Origin: Amoebophrya sp. A120
Taxonomy: Eukaryota; Protista; Dinoflagellata
Reading direction: 5' to 3'
NCBI GenBank assembly: GCA_905178155.1
Contig: CAJINV010000012.1
Span: 491,271 to 555,270 of the forward strand
DNA: 64,000 bases
Part shown: positions 14,201 to 25,500 of the stretch, in pieces
Layout of the letters: each line of letters opens with the position of its first letter
Numbering within the stretch: position 1 is the stretch's first letter
Made by a program: the position numbers and the translations under genes
Notes under the pieces: generated by a model
Seen by the model: the letters and a program-made list of their open reading frames with translations, nothing else
Databases searched by the model: none
Told to the model about the DNA's origin: nothing

Positions 14201-15390
14201 TCGGACAGAAACCTCGGCGGAGGACTGCTCGTCGAGGTCTTGCTGTGGTCTTCTAGTGCAGCTGCGCCGGATTCTTGTTCATCTGATGTAGTGCCGGAGA
14301 CGGAGTCTTCGTCCTCATCCTCCTCCTCCTCGTCTGTTTCTGACCAGATGTCCGGTAGTTCCTGCAACTCGTCCTCGCGACAGAGCCTTCCGCAGCTCGG
14401 GCAGTTACAGAGCGGCTCCGAGTTTTTAGTGCACACGGTCGACGTCGAAGCTGTTGTTTTTTGAATGAGGGACTTTCTTGAGAAAAATCCGGAAAAAATG
14501 GTTCTAGATCAATTGCATGCAGTGAAGACCACTTAGCGTTGCAGTTCCTTTTGTTTTCGTCATGCAAGTCTTCATGCATGAGCAGTATGATCCCAAAAGA
14601 AGAAGATTATACCCGCAGTACTATGTCCCCTGTTCTTCTTCTTCTTATTCCGGCAGCCCGTAGGTGCCACAGAAACTACTTGTTTGGGCTTGCTCCCAAG
14701 GAGTAAAGTGTTTTTGCTATCACCACTCAAATCCTTGTTCAACGTAGAAGGCTTGTTGTTTTCTTGGTTCTTCTTATTGCCTTTCTGATTATCGGTCTTC
14801 TTGTTCTCCTCTGTTTGGCAGGCTGCGCCTGCCGAATTATTGGTAGAAGATGCGGAAACTGTGGCGGAGGCTCCAGAAACGTCTTTGGAACTGGCGCCGT
14901 CTTTTTTACAACTTGTGGTAGTGCTTGAAACAGTGCTGGTAGTGCTGGTTTTCGAAGAAATTTTGCTATTCGCAGTATTTTTAGTCGCAGTGGTCGTAGT
15001 TTTCTTGCTATCCGCAGTTTTATTGGCCACGCCAGGCGCGGCCGCTGAGGTAATACTAGAGCTTGATGTTTTATTGGCGGCAGAAGTTGTAGCTGCAGAG
15101 GTAGAACTACCCGCCGATGCAGCTGCTGCGGTCGTTGTACTAGATTTCGAGTTGTCCTTGATCGTCGCAGAAGTAGAAGTTGTACCTCCGTCGACGGGGG
15201 TAACCGTTACAGAGCTTTTCGGTCGAGCAGCCGTCGCCGAGGCTTGCGTGCTGGCAGGGGCGGCTGTGGAGGAAGATATTAATTTGTGAGAATTGATTTT
15301 GGAAGGTAGTGCTGACCTACAAGTATCTTTTGTGCTACTACGACGACGAGACAGGAACGCAAAACAGTTGCACGGTGGTAATTTCAACAT
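2247..15390 (-). CDS. Giant (~4025 aa) low-complexity protein with a cold-shock-like domain and LOTUS/winged-helix-like segments; 7 exons
   Basis: Exons 15390-14613, 14450-11098, 10838-10719, 10598-6761, 6601-6317, 6161-6119 and 5907-2247 sum to 12078 nt in frame. Introns are two GT-AG (14451-14612, 10599-10718) and four TIR elements. Junctions read ADGF-TAVP, IVGK-VVAF, PIL-SELR, PFI-SNAA and AAA-STWT. Confidence 0.75.
5913..6118. mobile_element. TIR introner, singleton family
   Basis: TATCAAAGAAAAAAAGTTCGTCAC...GTGACAAACTTTTTTCTCTCCATA; direct repeat GAAGC/GAAGC. Confidence 0.88.
6167..6316. mobile_element. TIR introner, family A
   Basis: TATCCTGTGCAAAAGTATCGTACT...AGTACGATGCTTTTGCAGTTCATA; direct repeat TGAAT/TGAAT. 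Confidence 0.9.
6607..6760. mobile_element. TIR introner, family B
   Basis: TATCCACAGTAAATTTCCCGTACA...TGTACGGGAAATTTGTCTTGCATA; direct repeat ACAAA/ACAAA. Confidence 0.9.
10844..11097. mobile_element. TIR introner, family F
   Basis: TATGCATTGCAAATATGTCTGGGTCTGGAA...TTCCAGACCCAGACAGATTTGCATTTGATA; direct repeat AGTGA/AGTGA. Confidence 0.9.
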
Positions 15391-16110
15391 CCAGGTCGAG
15401 CGGCTGCGCAGCTGTTAAAGCGCATGATCCGCATGGCCTGAAGACCATGAATAACGGTATTGTCTAATCTAGCTTGAGCTTGTTCTGCTCTTTCTCGCTT
15501 CTACAAAGTACCTATAAATTTGTCGGGTGTTCGCGAATAGCTAAGGAAAAATCTGCACACATGATTGCGTTTTTTCGTGACACATCTACCTCGTGATACT
15601 GCCCAGATTTTGGTTTCTTGCAAAAATCTGTTCGTTTCTGCTAGGATCAAAGTTTTCAGATCATCATACTGCACGAACATATCTAAAGCAATTTTGATCA
15701 CTCGAAAATCAAAAAATGGGTCCCAAATTTGGGAGATTGCAGCTCGGAACATGATACGCCGTCTTTTCATAGTACTAAAGGAGTTCTGTTTCTATGGTAA
15801 GCAGTGGTCTTCATTTATGAAGCTCTGCGTTTTGCGGTAGGGATCTTGTGTCTTGTCGCTCAGTGAGTAGAAAGGCTGAATTTCTAATTCGTTGAGAATT
15901 GTAGACGTCTTCTACGCTGGCTAGTGCTACAGCACAAGACCTTGAGCAAAACCTTCTGTGATAGTACTGCTTCAGAAGTTCTAGGAGCTGTAGCATCAAT
16001 CTATTAGTACTTACTCTAGGCACGACCATGTGCAGACTACCTCAAAGTGAATCACAATCACGACTATCTCTCATAAACAGAACTTGTTGCAAAAGTTGCA
16101 CACACAGTAA

Positions 16111-18755
16111 CTACGCAATAAAAGACACGATATTAATTAATGTACCTTCCTTTCCCTGCCCGCTCTTCCCATCGTCTTTCTTTTTCCCACCCGCAGTTCC
16201 TCCGCTGAAAAACCCGCCGGAACCAAACAGATTGCCCAAGATCAATTCGGGCAAAGCGCCGCCGAAGACCGCATCAAAAGATGGCGCGCCGGGAGGCGCT
16301 TCTTCTTTATTGCCGTCTTCATTGTCCTTTTTCGACGAGGACGTCGTAGAAGTACTGGTCGAAGGAGCTGCAGCAGCGGGTTTTTCTTTTTTGCTGTCAG
16401 CTGTTGAAGACGATGCAGCTGCGCCAGTCGCTGATGCAGCAGTACTCGCAGGAGCACCAGCTGTTTTCGATCTATTTCCAGCTTTCTCCCCGGCTTGTAC
16501 AGAAAAGCCTCCTGCTTTTTCTTCCTGCTTCTTCGCTGCAGTTGTAGTACTCGCAGTACTAGACTTTTTTGTCTCCCCGCCGTAATTATCCGGCGGTTCC
16601 AGTGCCGACTGCTCTGCAATCCCCGTGTTCGCGACAAATTTCTCGTACTCCTCCCCCCGATCCTCCATGGGCGGGTATAATTGTCGGCACTCCTTCGCTA
16701 TGCATTGCAAAAGTATCGCACTCGTACTAATCGCATTTATGCATTACAAATTTTCTTGTTATGTTGAATCCGCACTACAGATTTCATTTCTCATGCTGCG
16801 GAAATTTGTCATGCGACTTGAACTAGTACGGTACTTTATTTGCAGTGCATATTCCCTTCCGCCTGACACTTCGCACAGTCCGGGTACGGGCACACCCATT
16901 GCGCTTTCCCCGCCGCGTTCCACCAGTGGATGAAATGCGCAAAAACCCGCACAAACGGCGCATACTGGGCCATCATCTCCCGAGTGTACCCGCGTTTCCA
17001 TATGAGTGTGCACAACTCCCCCTCCCTCTCATTTGTATTGCAGCATGAACAGCAGTACAAACACCAGCTCCAGCACACGTGGAGCCTGTGCATGACAATT
17101 CATGCGCCTAGTGTAGTGCTGTTTGGGCTCCTTCCGGGATCTGTCATGCATAATAGTCACACAGGAGAGCCGCGATTGGATTTGGAGTTTTGCATGAGAA
17201 ATGAGAACGAGGGGGAGTTGTGCAATGTCATATTCCGGATCCAAGCACCGTAAGCGATCCACACCTGCTTCATCTCGTCATAGAGCATCACGTGGCGCTT
17301 TTTCAAATCCTTTTTCGTCGGCAGGTTCTTCTGGTAATCCAAAAGCGCGGTTCCCGGGTCAATCAGGGATCGGGCCGCGACGCAGATTATGCATTGCAAA
17401 GACGTCTGGGTCTGGAAACTTGTGATGCAAGGAAGGGAATAGTGAAAGCACTGTAGTGCGCTGCCCAGCATGACAAGTTTTGCCGTGGTCTTGGGTTGCG
17501 CACTCCGCATGAGAAACTGCGATTTTGCGTGACAGGGTGACAGGCAAGCGGAGCTCTTGCTCTTCGCGGCCACGCAACACAGAGCTCAGAGTCATGCCAG
17601 ACTAGCATGACAAATCTCGCGATCTCCTAGACACAGACATGTTTGCATTTGATACAGATTTCCCCGACTTTCGGGTGGTTGGGGAACCGGATGTCACCGC
17701 GTTTGTACAGCAGCTCAATCTATGCATTGCAAATATGTTTGGGGCTGGAAGGTTGCAACTTGTGATGCTGCATTTGGATACTACAAAAATCTGTATTGCA
17801 TGAACAGCAAAAGAGCTCCAGTTTATGCCACGGCGAGAGGGTATTTCTCATGCGGTATAGGCATGAGGAACCCCTCACAAAATCTGTGATGCTACGGCAT
17901 GCATCACAGACGTCAGGAGCCACGCACGCTGTGCATGACTAACCTTGCATCCTTCCAGACCCAGACACTTTTGCATTTGATACAATCCAGGGGTGATCCG
18001 CGTACATAATCATGATGTTCAAGTTCAGGTCTTCTTCCGCCTCGGTTTTCACTCTTCCGCAGGGATACTTGGTCACCTCGATGTGCGTGATCATCCGACA
18101 GTGATACATGAACCGCGATGAGGGAAGTAAGTAGTGCTGCAATTCAGACTATGCAATACAAATTTCCCGTATACATGTACAAAATGCATCACAAATTTCA
18201 CCAACTTAGAAGGAACTTGTCATGCTGAAGAGGCTTCAAGGACAAGTTTGTCATGCAGAAACCGCATTTGTATTTGTAGGTGTACGGGAAATTATTTACT
18301 GTGAATACGGAATACTGCTTCTCTTCCGGCGTGAACCGGTTGTAGTAATTGATCACCGCATCTTTGAACCAGGGGAGCGGACTTCGCGTGGAAGTGTCGT
18401 ACTCGGCCCCTTGCTTGGTCTTCTTGACAATCTTCCGCTCCTTCAAGCAGAGCCACTCGACCTTCGTCTCCTGCTTGAAATTTATCGCCTTCGACGGTAG
18501 GTTGTACAATTCCGACTGAGCGCTCCGATCGCAAAACTCGAAGAACTTCACCAGGCTGTTCGTAATTTGCTCCGCAATGTCAGGGCTGGTGGTCGAGGTC
18601 GTGCTGGTAGCCGAGGCCGACGACGACGATGTCGCGGCTGCAACGGCGGTCGTGCTGGAGGTTGTGCTAGCTTTTTTGTTTTTGTTGTCCGAACCCTGTT
18701 TCTTGCTGCCCTGCTGCGCAGAGCCCGCGCCCGCGTTCTTCTTGCCTTTCGCCAT
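16111..18755 (-). CDS. Hypothetical protein (~515 aa) with five TIR introns; 3' end uncertain
   Basis: ATG at 18755 (MAKGKKNAG...). Six exons sum to 1548 nt in frame once the five elements are removed. Globular core contains a CPYPDCAKC...C motif and is flanked by low-complexity tails. A further GT intron near 16145 is possible. Confidence 0.75.
16699..16851. mobile_element. TIR introner, family A
   Basis: TATGCATTGCAAAAGTATCG...TTTGCAGTGCATA; direct repeat TTCGC/TTCCC. Confidence 0.87.
17001..17232. mobile_element. TIR introner, family D
   Basis: TATGAGTGTGCACAACTCCCCCTC...GAGGGGGAGTTGTGCAATGTCATA; direct repeat TTCCA/TTCCG. Confidence 0.88.
17388..17654. mobile_element. TIR introner, family F
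   Basis: TATGCATTGCAAAGACGTCTGGGTCTGG...TTTGCATTTGATA; direct repeat CAGAT/CAGAT. Confidence 0.9.
17721..17982. mobile_element. TIR introner, family F
   Basis: TATGCATTGCAAATATGTTTGGGGCTGGAAGG...CCTTCCAGACCCAGACACTTTTGCATTTGATA; direct repeat CAATC/CAATC. Confidence 0.9.
18150..18307. mobile_element. TIR introner, family B
   Basis: TATGCAATACAAATTTCCCGTA...TACGGGAAATTATTTACTGTGAATA; degenerate direct repeat CAGAC/CGGAA. Confidence 0.85.
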
Positions 18756-19595
18756 TTTGATGTGACAGAGCTGGTAACCACTTATGCGATTTTATTTATA
18801 ATTACACGAGCACGTGTGCTGCGACGACTGGGTTCTTCTCACCCAGGTTCTTTTTGTACTTGTGTTGTACTGCTGGTCGCCGTTTTGAGGACAATTGTCT
18901 TGCACTGGTAGAAGAACCGCTCCTCTCTGCAGCCCGGGGAAGGTGGAAAGTGTGGTTATTTTTCTAAAACAACTAAAGCTCCTTTCGTCGATGTTTTGAT
19001 AGTACTTATAATCGCGAGTGCAACTTTCTGAGATGGGTTCGTTGGACTACACTATCACTAGGACTCTAACTTTGAATATCTACTCAGTCTCCTTCGTTCT
19101 CGATACTTTTCTAGGTGGGTGAAACTGAAACTTTCATATACTCCTTGACGAAGATGAAGAAGCTGCAAAAGCATTTCTGCTTTCCGCCTCGCCGCTGTCG
19201 TGTACTGGCAAAAATTCCAGAGCAGTAGAGACATCGTCTATACAGATTTTTTCTCAGGCGTCTCGTTGTAGCAGGTGGTCCTACCTACAATACATAGCAG
19301 AAATGAACCTCGTAAGTATGATATCGTTCGCACGATAAAACTGCATTTGAATCATCTATCATCTCCCAAAAAACTTTTTAGTTTTTGATCGAGCCGCTCG
19401 ATCGAGATTTTTTCATACCATGCTTCTGGTTTCTTTCCAATAGTTGTTTTTCGTATTTCTAAAAAATCTTTATCCAACAATAAACCGGACACAGAGCTGG
19501 TGCAACTGGCACGGGCACCAGTCAAGAAATATTACAAGGACGCTAAGCAGTTGTACCAACAGACCCCATGTGCATGTAATAGATGACTTTTCCGC

Positions 19596-22500
19596 CAAAT
19601 TCAATTCAAATTCAAATTGTGTTTACGACGCTTAGTGCATCGCAAGACTCTACGCTACCCTGGGCTAACGTTCTAAATCCCGAGGGGAGTCACGGTAAGA
19701 AAATTCTCGCTAGGGTCTTAGGGGCACAAATTGGATAACGTTTCACTCGCCCAGACCGAAGCTATTTCTAACTACGAGCCAACTCGGATTTCTTCTCGCA
19801 GTGAACCTCACATCAACATCACTGCCACCCAGCTGGGATCCGCCGCTTCGTCTAGCCGTCGGCAACTGGCCCACGGCCAATGTGCTAGACGCGCGCTGTC
19901 TTCCCGGCCCCACTGGGGCAGTTACGTGCCCCCGCTACTTACGCGGACGCGAGCTGGCGCCGCTGCCGCAACGCCCGGATGCGTTCGACGTCGGCCGACG
20001 GGTTCGCGATGAGCTCCGCCCGTGCCTCTACCGCCGCCTCGATCGCCTCCTCTGCCGTAGCGTAGAGCTCCGGATGGATCGTGCGGGAGAGCGGGTAGGG
20101 CTCCTCCTCCCCCGGGACCTTAACCCTCGCACGCGCAACGAGCTTGCCTCGGGGCGCGTCGTACGTGACCCCGACCGGCAGGGCCTTGCTTGCCCCCTGG
20201 AACTCCAGCGCCTGCTTGACCCTTGGCGGATCCTCGGTGTGCTTTTTGCGCTTCAGCGGCTTCTGCGCGGAGGGCTGCACGGCCTCTGGCTGGGGGAAAC
20301 AGGCGCGGAACCTCGCCTCTGTCTCCCGCTGCTGGATCTTGCGCATGTGCACAAACGCAAGGCGCAGCGACCCGAGCCGCTTCGGCGGCAACCGTGGTTC
20401 CGGCCGGCATTCGTCGCAACTGCACTCAATGCCGGTAACCCGCCAGTCGTAGTCGCGCGGAGACAGGTCGCCCTGGAGGTACAGGTCGGCATCAGCAAGG
20501 GTAGGCGAGACCACAAAACACGGAAAGTCTAACACCTCCCGAACTATCGAAGCGTACTGCTGCTGCACATCGTCGCAGGGGGGCGCCGGGCTGTCGATGA
20601 TGTCAACAATGCGCTGCGTCCCTACAAAGTCCAGGAGCCGTGCCAGGGTGGTCGGGTTGCCGTCTTTGTCCTTCTCGCCGACACTCGCCAGCGCGGCGTC
20701 TTTGACCTCTTTGCAAACATCAATGTCGCCATCCTCGATCTGCGTCGCCGGCCACCTGCGCCGGAGCGCACACTGGGCATGGCGGCAGTGCAGCTCGTGG
20801 GCTAGAACGTCGGCTGTACCCGGGTCGGGCGAGAGGTCTTGCTGCTTCAGAGGGCGGCAGTCGTAATGGGGCTCCAGCCCCACCGAACGCGCGGGTGACG
20901 GTGCCAGGGTGCTGCGGAAGTCGCACGCCGGGGCCCCCTTGCAGCGGTATGGCGTGAGAAGGTCGGCCTCGACCTCTGCCAGAGCGGATGTGAGCTGCCG
21001 CCCACCATTCGTCCAGGGAATCCCCGCGGACGATTGTGTGTCGTACCACGTCCGGAACGAGCGCAGGTCCGCGCGCGGGGACTGGCCCAAGTTCTCCTTC
21101 GTCAGGTGGGAAACCCAGTACGACTGGGCCTCCGTCCTCAGCTCGGGCGTGCACTCGGCGTCGGCGCTGTAGTCCGAGATCGTGATGGCGATCCGCGCCT
21201 CGGTAATGATTGTGCGCCATAGCGGGCGACACGACGCCAGTGCGAGCATCACCGCGTCTGATGGCTCTGCACCACACACCACTGCGAGGGACTTCTTGCA
21301 CTGCTTCCACAGAGACTCCGCGTCCGACCCCTGACGCGGTGCCACCAGCCACTCGTACTCCAACCTTGGGAGAGTGCCAATGCCGTACGCCCCAAAAAGC
21401 GAACGCCTGGCGAGGCGGTCGCGCGGCAGGCGAATTAGGTGTCCACAGAAACTCAGCTGCATGTATCGGAAGAAGCTCCCGAGCGGCTCGACCCGGTGGA
21501 GGCGCCGCAACCTGCACAACGGAAGGTGTAGGCTCTTAAGCTGCCAACGGCGGAACCCTGTGAGCATCAGCAGCGCGTCGTTTTCGTATTTCTGCAAACT
21601 GTCGATCTCGGTACCACTCCACGGCCGTGTCTCACAGCCGAAGGAACCCCTGCTGCGAATGCGGCATACCAGATTTACCACCAAGTCCGTGCCGCTTTCT
21701 GCAGCACCACCGAGCGACGCCAACTCCGTCAGGGCCCACGACATCCGCTGTTTCCGCACCGTTAAGTCTCGCTCCAGGCAGAGCCAGTTGCCCAAGTACC
21801 TCGTCGCCGCCGTCAGCTCAGGCGCCGACAACATCGAGAGCAGGTACTTCGTGCGGTTGGCGTTCACACCTGTAACCCCTCCCATCACCGTCCACGCGGC
21901 GTCCGCGATGATCGCCTCTGGTGCAGGGGCGGGGAAGGCGGTATCGTCCGCGAAACGTACCTCCTGGAGGGAGTCCTTTCCTAGCGTGGCGGAGCCCGCT
22001 ACGGCCTGCGCCAGCGTGTCGCGAGTGGCGTCGGGCAGCGCGAAGCGCGCGCGGGGGGCCCATAGCTTCGCCCCGTACCTGTCTGTTCCGCGGGCGAGCT
22101 TCTCGAGTATGCCGCGGTAGATGCAGATGCACACGTCGTAGGAGGTGGCGAAGTGGGTGGGGGAGCGCAAGTCCCCCTCTCCAAACCCCGACGTCAACCG
22201 GTATTCGTCACTTCGCCCTGCGGGCGTGGCCACCCGGTACCGCGTGCAGAGGTGGAACCGCACTTCTGTCTCTTTGAAGTGCGTCCCCTCCAACCCCAGC
22301 GCATCCAACATCTCCTCGTACACGGAGATGCAGAATGACGGATACGCTTTACGGACGTCCGCCTCTATAAATACTAAAGCCCTGTACTCGTCGGAGCAGA
22401 TGCCACGGGTTCGCCGCACATCCTCGATCAGCCTGCGGACGCAGTATATGAGTTCCCCGGTTTGGAACCCGGGGCGGAACCCACCCTGCGACGCTGTGAG

Positions 22501-25500
22501 GATCCCGTGCTGTTCCGCCGCCGTGTGGAACCTCGTCGCCAGGGCCCCCGCGATGACTTTACTAACAATAGTCTTGTTCACGATCCCCCTGTGGTCCCCT
22601 ATCACGTCGTATCCCTGGCCGGGCTTTGGTCGGGGGACCACTGTCGCTGCCGCTAGTCGCTCCGGATCGGCCTCCAGGACCTGGAAGCCTTCCAGGAACT
22701 CCGCGTTGACTGCCGGCAGTATCGCCTCCCATGCCGCGATGTCCAGCGCCTTCCAGAACTGTATGCGGTCGTGGAAGCCGTCGGTTTGGTTGCTGTTCTT
22801 GCGGGAGTGCACGGACGCGTACAACTCCTGGGCCGTGAAGGGGCGAAGTAGTTCCTTGACCACTTCCGGGGGGAAGGGGGCGACGGATCTGCGTATTAGG
22901 TCGAGGCGGGGGGTCGTGGGGTTCTCTGCGACCCGGCAGAAATGCCGCGCCGCCTCGTTCGGATCGAATGCAAAAATCCGCTTTTGGGCTTTCAAGAACC
23001 GCTGCTTGCGGATGTTTTCCTCCACGTTGAACGTGGAGGTCTGCGTCGCTAGGAACGCGGCCCGCTCCTCCATCAGGCGCGCTAGCTGATCCTGAAGGAC
23101 TTCTACATTCTCCCCGGCCTTCGTGCGCGCCGCCCTGATGCGCCGCATGAGCTTTCGCACCGCGTCATTAATCTCCCTCTGGCGTGCCACGTCCCGGGAG
23201 CGGTTGTACTCATGCAGCTGCTGTAGTGCCGAGCCCTTCAGGATGCCGCTGTGCTCGCGCAGGGTTCGCGCTACCGCGCCTAGTGTGAGTGCGCCCTCCG
23301 CTGCCGACTCCTCGAGCGACGTCTGCACTTGGCGCGAGAAATCGTAGCGCGCGCTATCGGTGGCCCTCCACCAGGGTACGGGCTCCTCGTCAAAGTCCCC
23401 AGCCTCCTCCGCGCGCTTCTTGTCCCTGCGCTTCCGCGCCGTGTTCTTGTGCTGCCACTTCCTCTCGACCCTCCAGCGTATCAGCTTGTTGTAGTGGTCG
23501 CTGTCCAGCCCGAGATCGACGGTCGCTATGGAGAGCACGTTCTGGGCGGAGCAGGCGGGGATGTAGACGTAGTCGAGCTCCCGCCAGCGCCCGAGGCGGG
23601 TATTAAAGTGCGTGGCCCTGCACGGGGCATACTCGATGCCGGTGTAGTTGCTCTCGCCCCGGGGCTGCACGTGGAGGGAGTTGCCGCAGACCAACCTGAA
23701 CTCGTCCGCCAGACGCAGCATCTCGACGCCGCGATTGGACGTCTCGGTCAGCCCGAACCTTCCGGTGGTCAGCCCGCGGTACCCACGCCTGCGACGGCTT
23801 TCCGCATCACCAACAACGCCGGCGTTATCCACATACAGCATGAGCTCGCGGTTTCCGGGTTGGCCTTTTAGCGGTCCAGAGTGGCCACGAGGTATCCTGC
23901 GCGCCCACTGTAGCGTGTCGCCCAGAGTCTCAACAAACTGCGCCCAGTTTGCCTCGTCGCGGCGGCGCTGCTCCGCGGCGGTGGGGCCGTCTGCGGTTTG
24001 CGGCGCCTTTTTGCCACTGGCTGCCGTTTTTCTGGTCTTCTTGGTCGCGGCCGTGCCTTTCGGGCGCGGCTTCTGTTTGGCCTTGGCCTTTGGCCTCGCC
24101 TTGGTGAGGACGTCCTTCTTGCTGCCTGGGACGGACTCCTTCTTCTGCGCTCCTGCTGCGGCAACAGCGTTACTGTTGCCTCCGAGTGCCGGTCCGTAGG
24201 CCGACACCAACGACACCAGAGGCAGACGCAGCCCCACGACGCGATCGCCTCCGAACACTTCGTACTCCCCACGCGAAATGTGTCGGCGCCACTCCGCATC
24301 GTAAATGGCAATTCCTGCGCCATTTGACAGGAACACATCACACGCGTCGCCCGCTGCCCGCTGTCTGACGACCGCGCTTGGCCCCGGCTTTGTCGCCCCC
24401 AGCCGGCTCGGGACATACAGCACCTCGGAGAGCAGCGCCGCCCCGACTGGTGCGCCTGGGTGCCGGCGGGGCGGCTCGTGCAGATCCCTGAGCTGGCGGA
24501 GATGCTCTTGCAGGCGGTTGCACTCGCCGAGCCCCCGGCTGTTATGCGTGACTACGACGACTTCCTTGTGCGTCTGCTTGCCCCCTCTGCGGCGGCGGCG
24601 ACGCTTTTTCTTACTGGCCCAGCCTTCGTCGAACACGTCATACTCACCAGAGGGAGTCAACTCGTGGTCGCCACCAGCAGCACCAGTGGCGCTTTCGTTA
24701 TTATTTTCGTTGTTCGTGTTGTCATCGTTTTCAGCAGTCAAGATCTTTCGCAGTGTTTCGATATCGTCCTCGTGGTCATCAAGTCTACTTGTCTTCTCGT
24801 ACTCATCTTCTCCTCGCAGGTGAGGCTGCGGGTCATCATCTAGTATCTCAGAAACATGAGTTTGCTCAACGTCATTTCTCATCACAGCAGCTGTAGCGGT
24901 CTCCCCCGCGGGAGGTGTGGGTGCCTCCGCATCTGCTATCGTCGGGGGGGCTGCAATGTTGTCGACGTCCGGGGCGGATCCCACAGTCGGAGAACTTTGC
25001 TCCGTCGTGTCACCCTCTCCCAGCAAGAAGTCCGACGCGTCTGACGGCTCCCCCGAACTCGGGGTGGACATCTCCGTCAGGTCTGTGAACTCGTCGTTGG
25101 CGTCGGTGTGAAAGAGACCGCCTATGGCGCTTGCGGACCTGAGAAGAAGCATAAGTGAGAAGATGATTTTTGTGAAAGACCAGTTTCCTGTGAGAGAAGA
25201 AGATGCTGAGGCTGCGAGCTTGCTCTGCGCGGAGACATGCTTCTTTTTCCTTCTTTTGCGTCTGCGCCTGCGGCGCCCAGAAACTACAACAACGCGAGAA
25301 CCTTCGTCCTCCTCTCCCTGGCTCCGCTGCGTAAGCTCCGCCTGCGCCTGATTCACCTTGTGGAGGTACTCGTCCGAATGCATGAACTTCTTGATGTCGC
25401 CGATACCCTCCCCCATGATGTCTCGAAAGGCACTGATCGTGTCCGCCTGGTGGGCCTTGAGCGAGTCATCGAGCCGCTTCTTCATGCTGGAGTGCTTCGC

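Noticed and set aside
7558-15289. Long plus-strand ORFs (e.g. 7558-8655, 9409-10284, 12752-13408, 14801-15289)
   Set aside because: They are antisense shadows of low-complexity minus-strand exons and show no domain motifs.
25110-25190. 2A-like ribosomal skipping peptide in the LINE
   Set aside because: A hydrophobic run is present but the D(V/I)ExNPGP motif is not.
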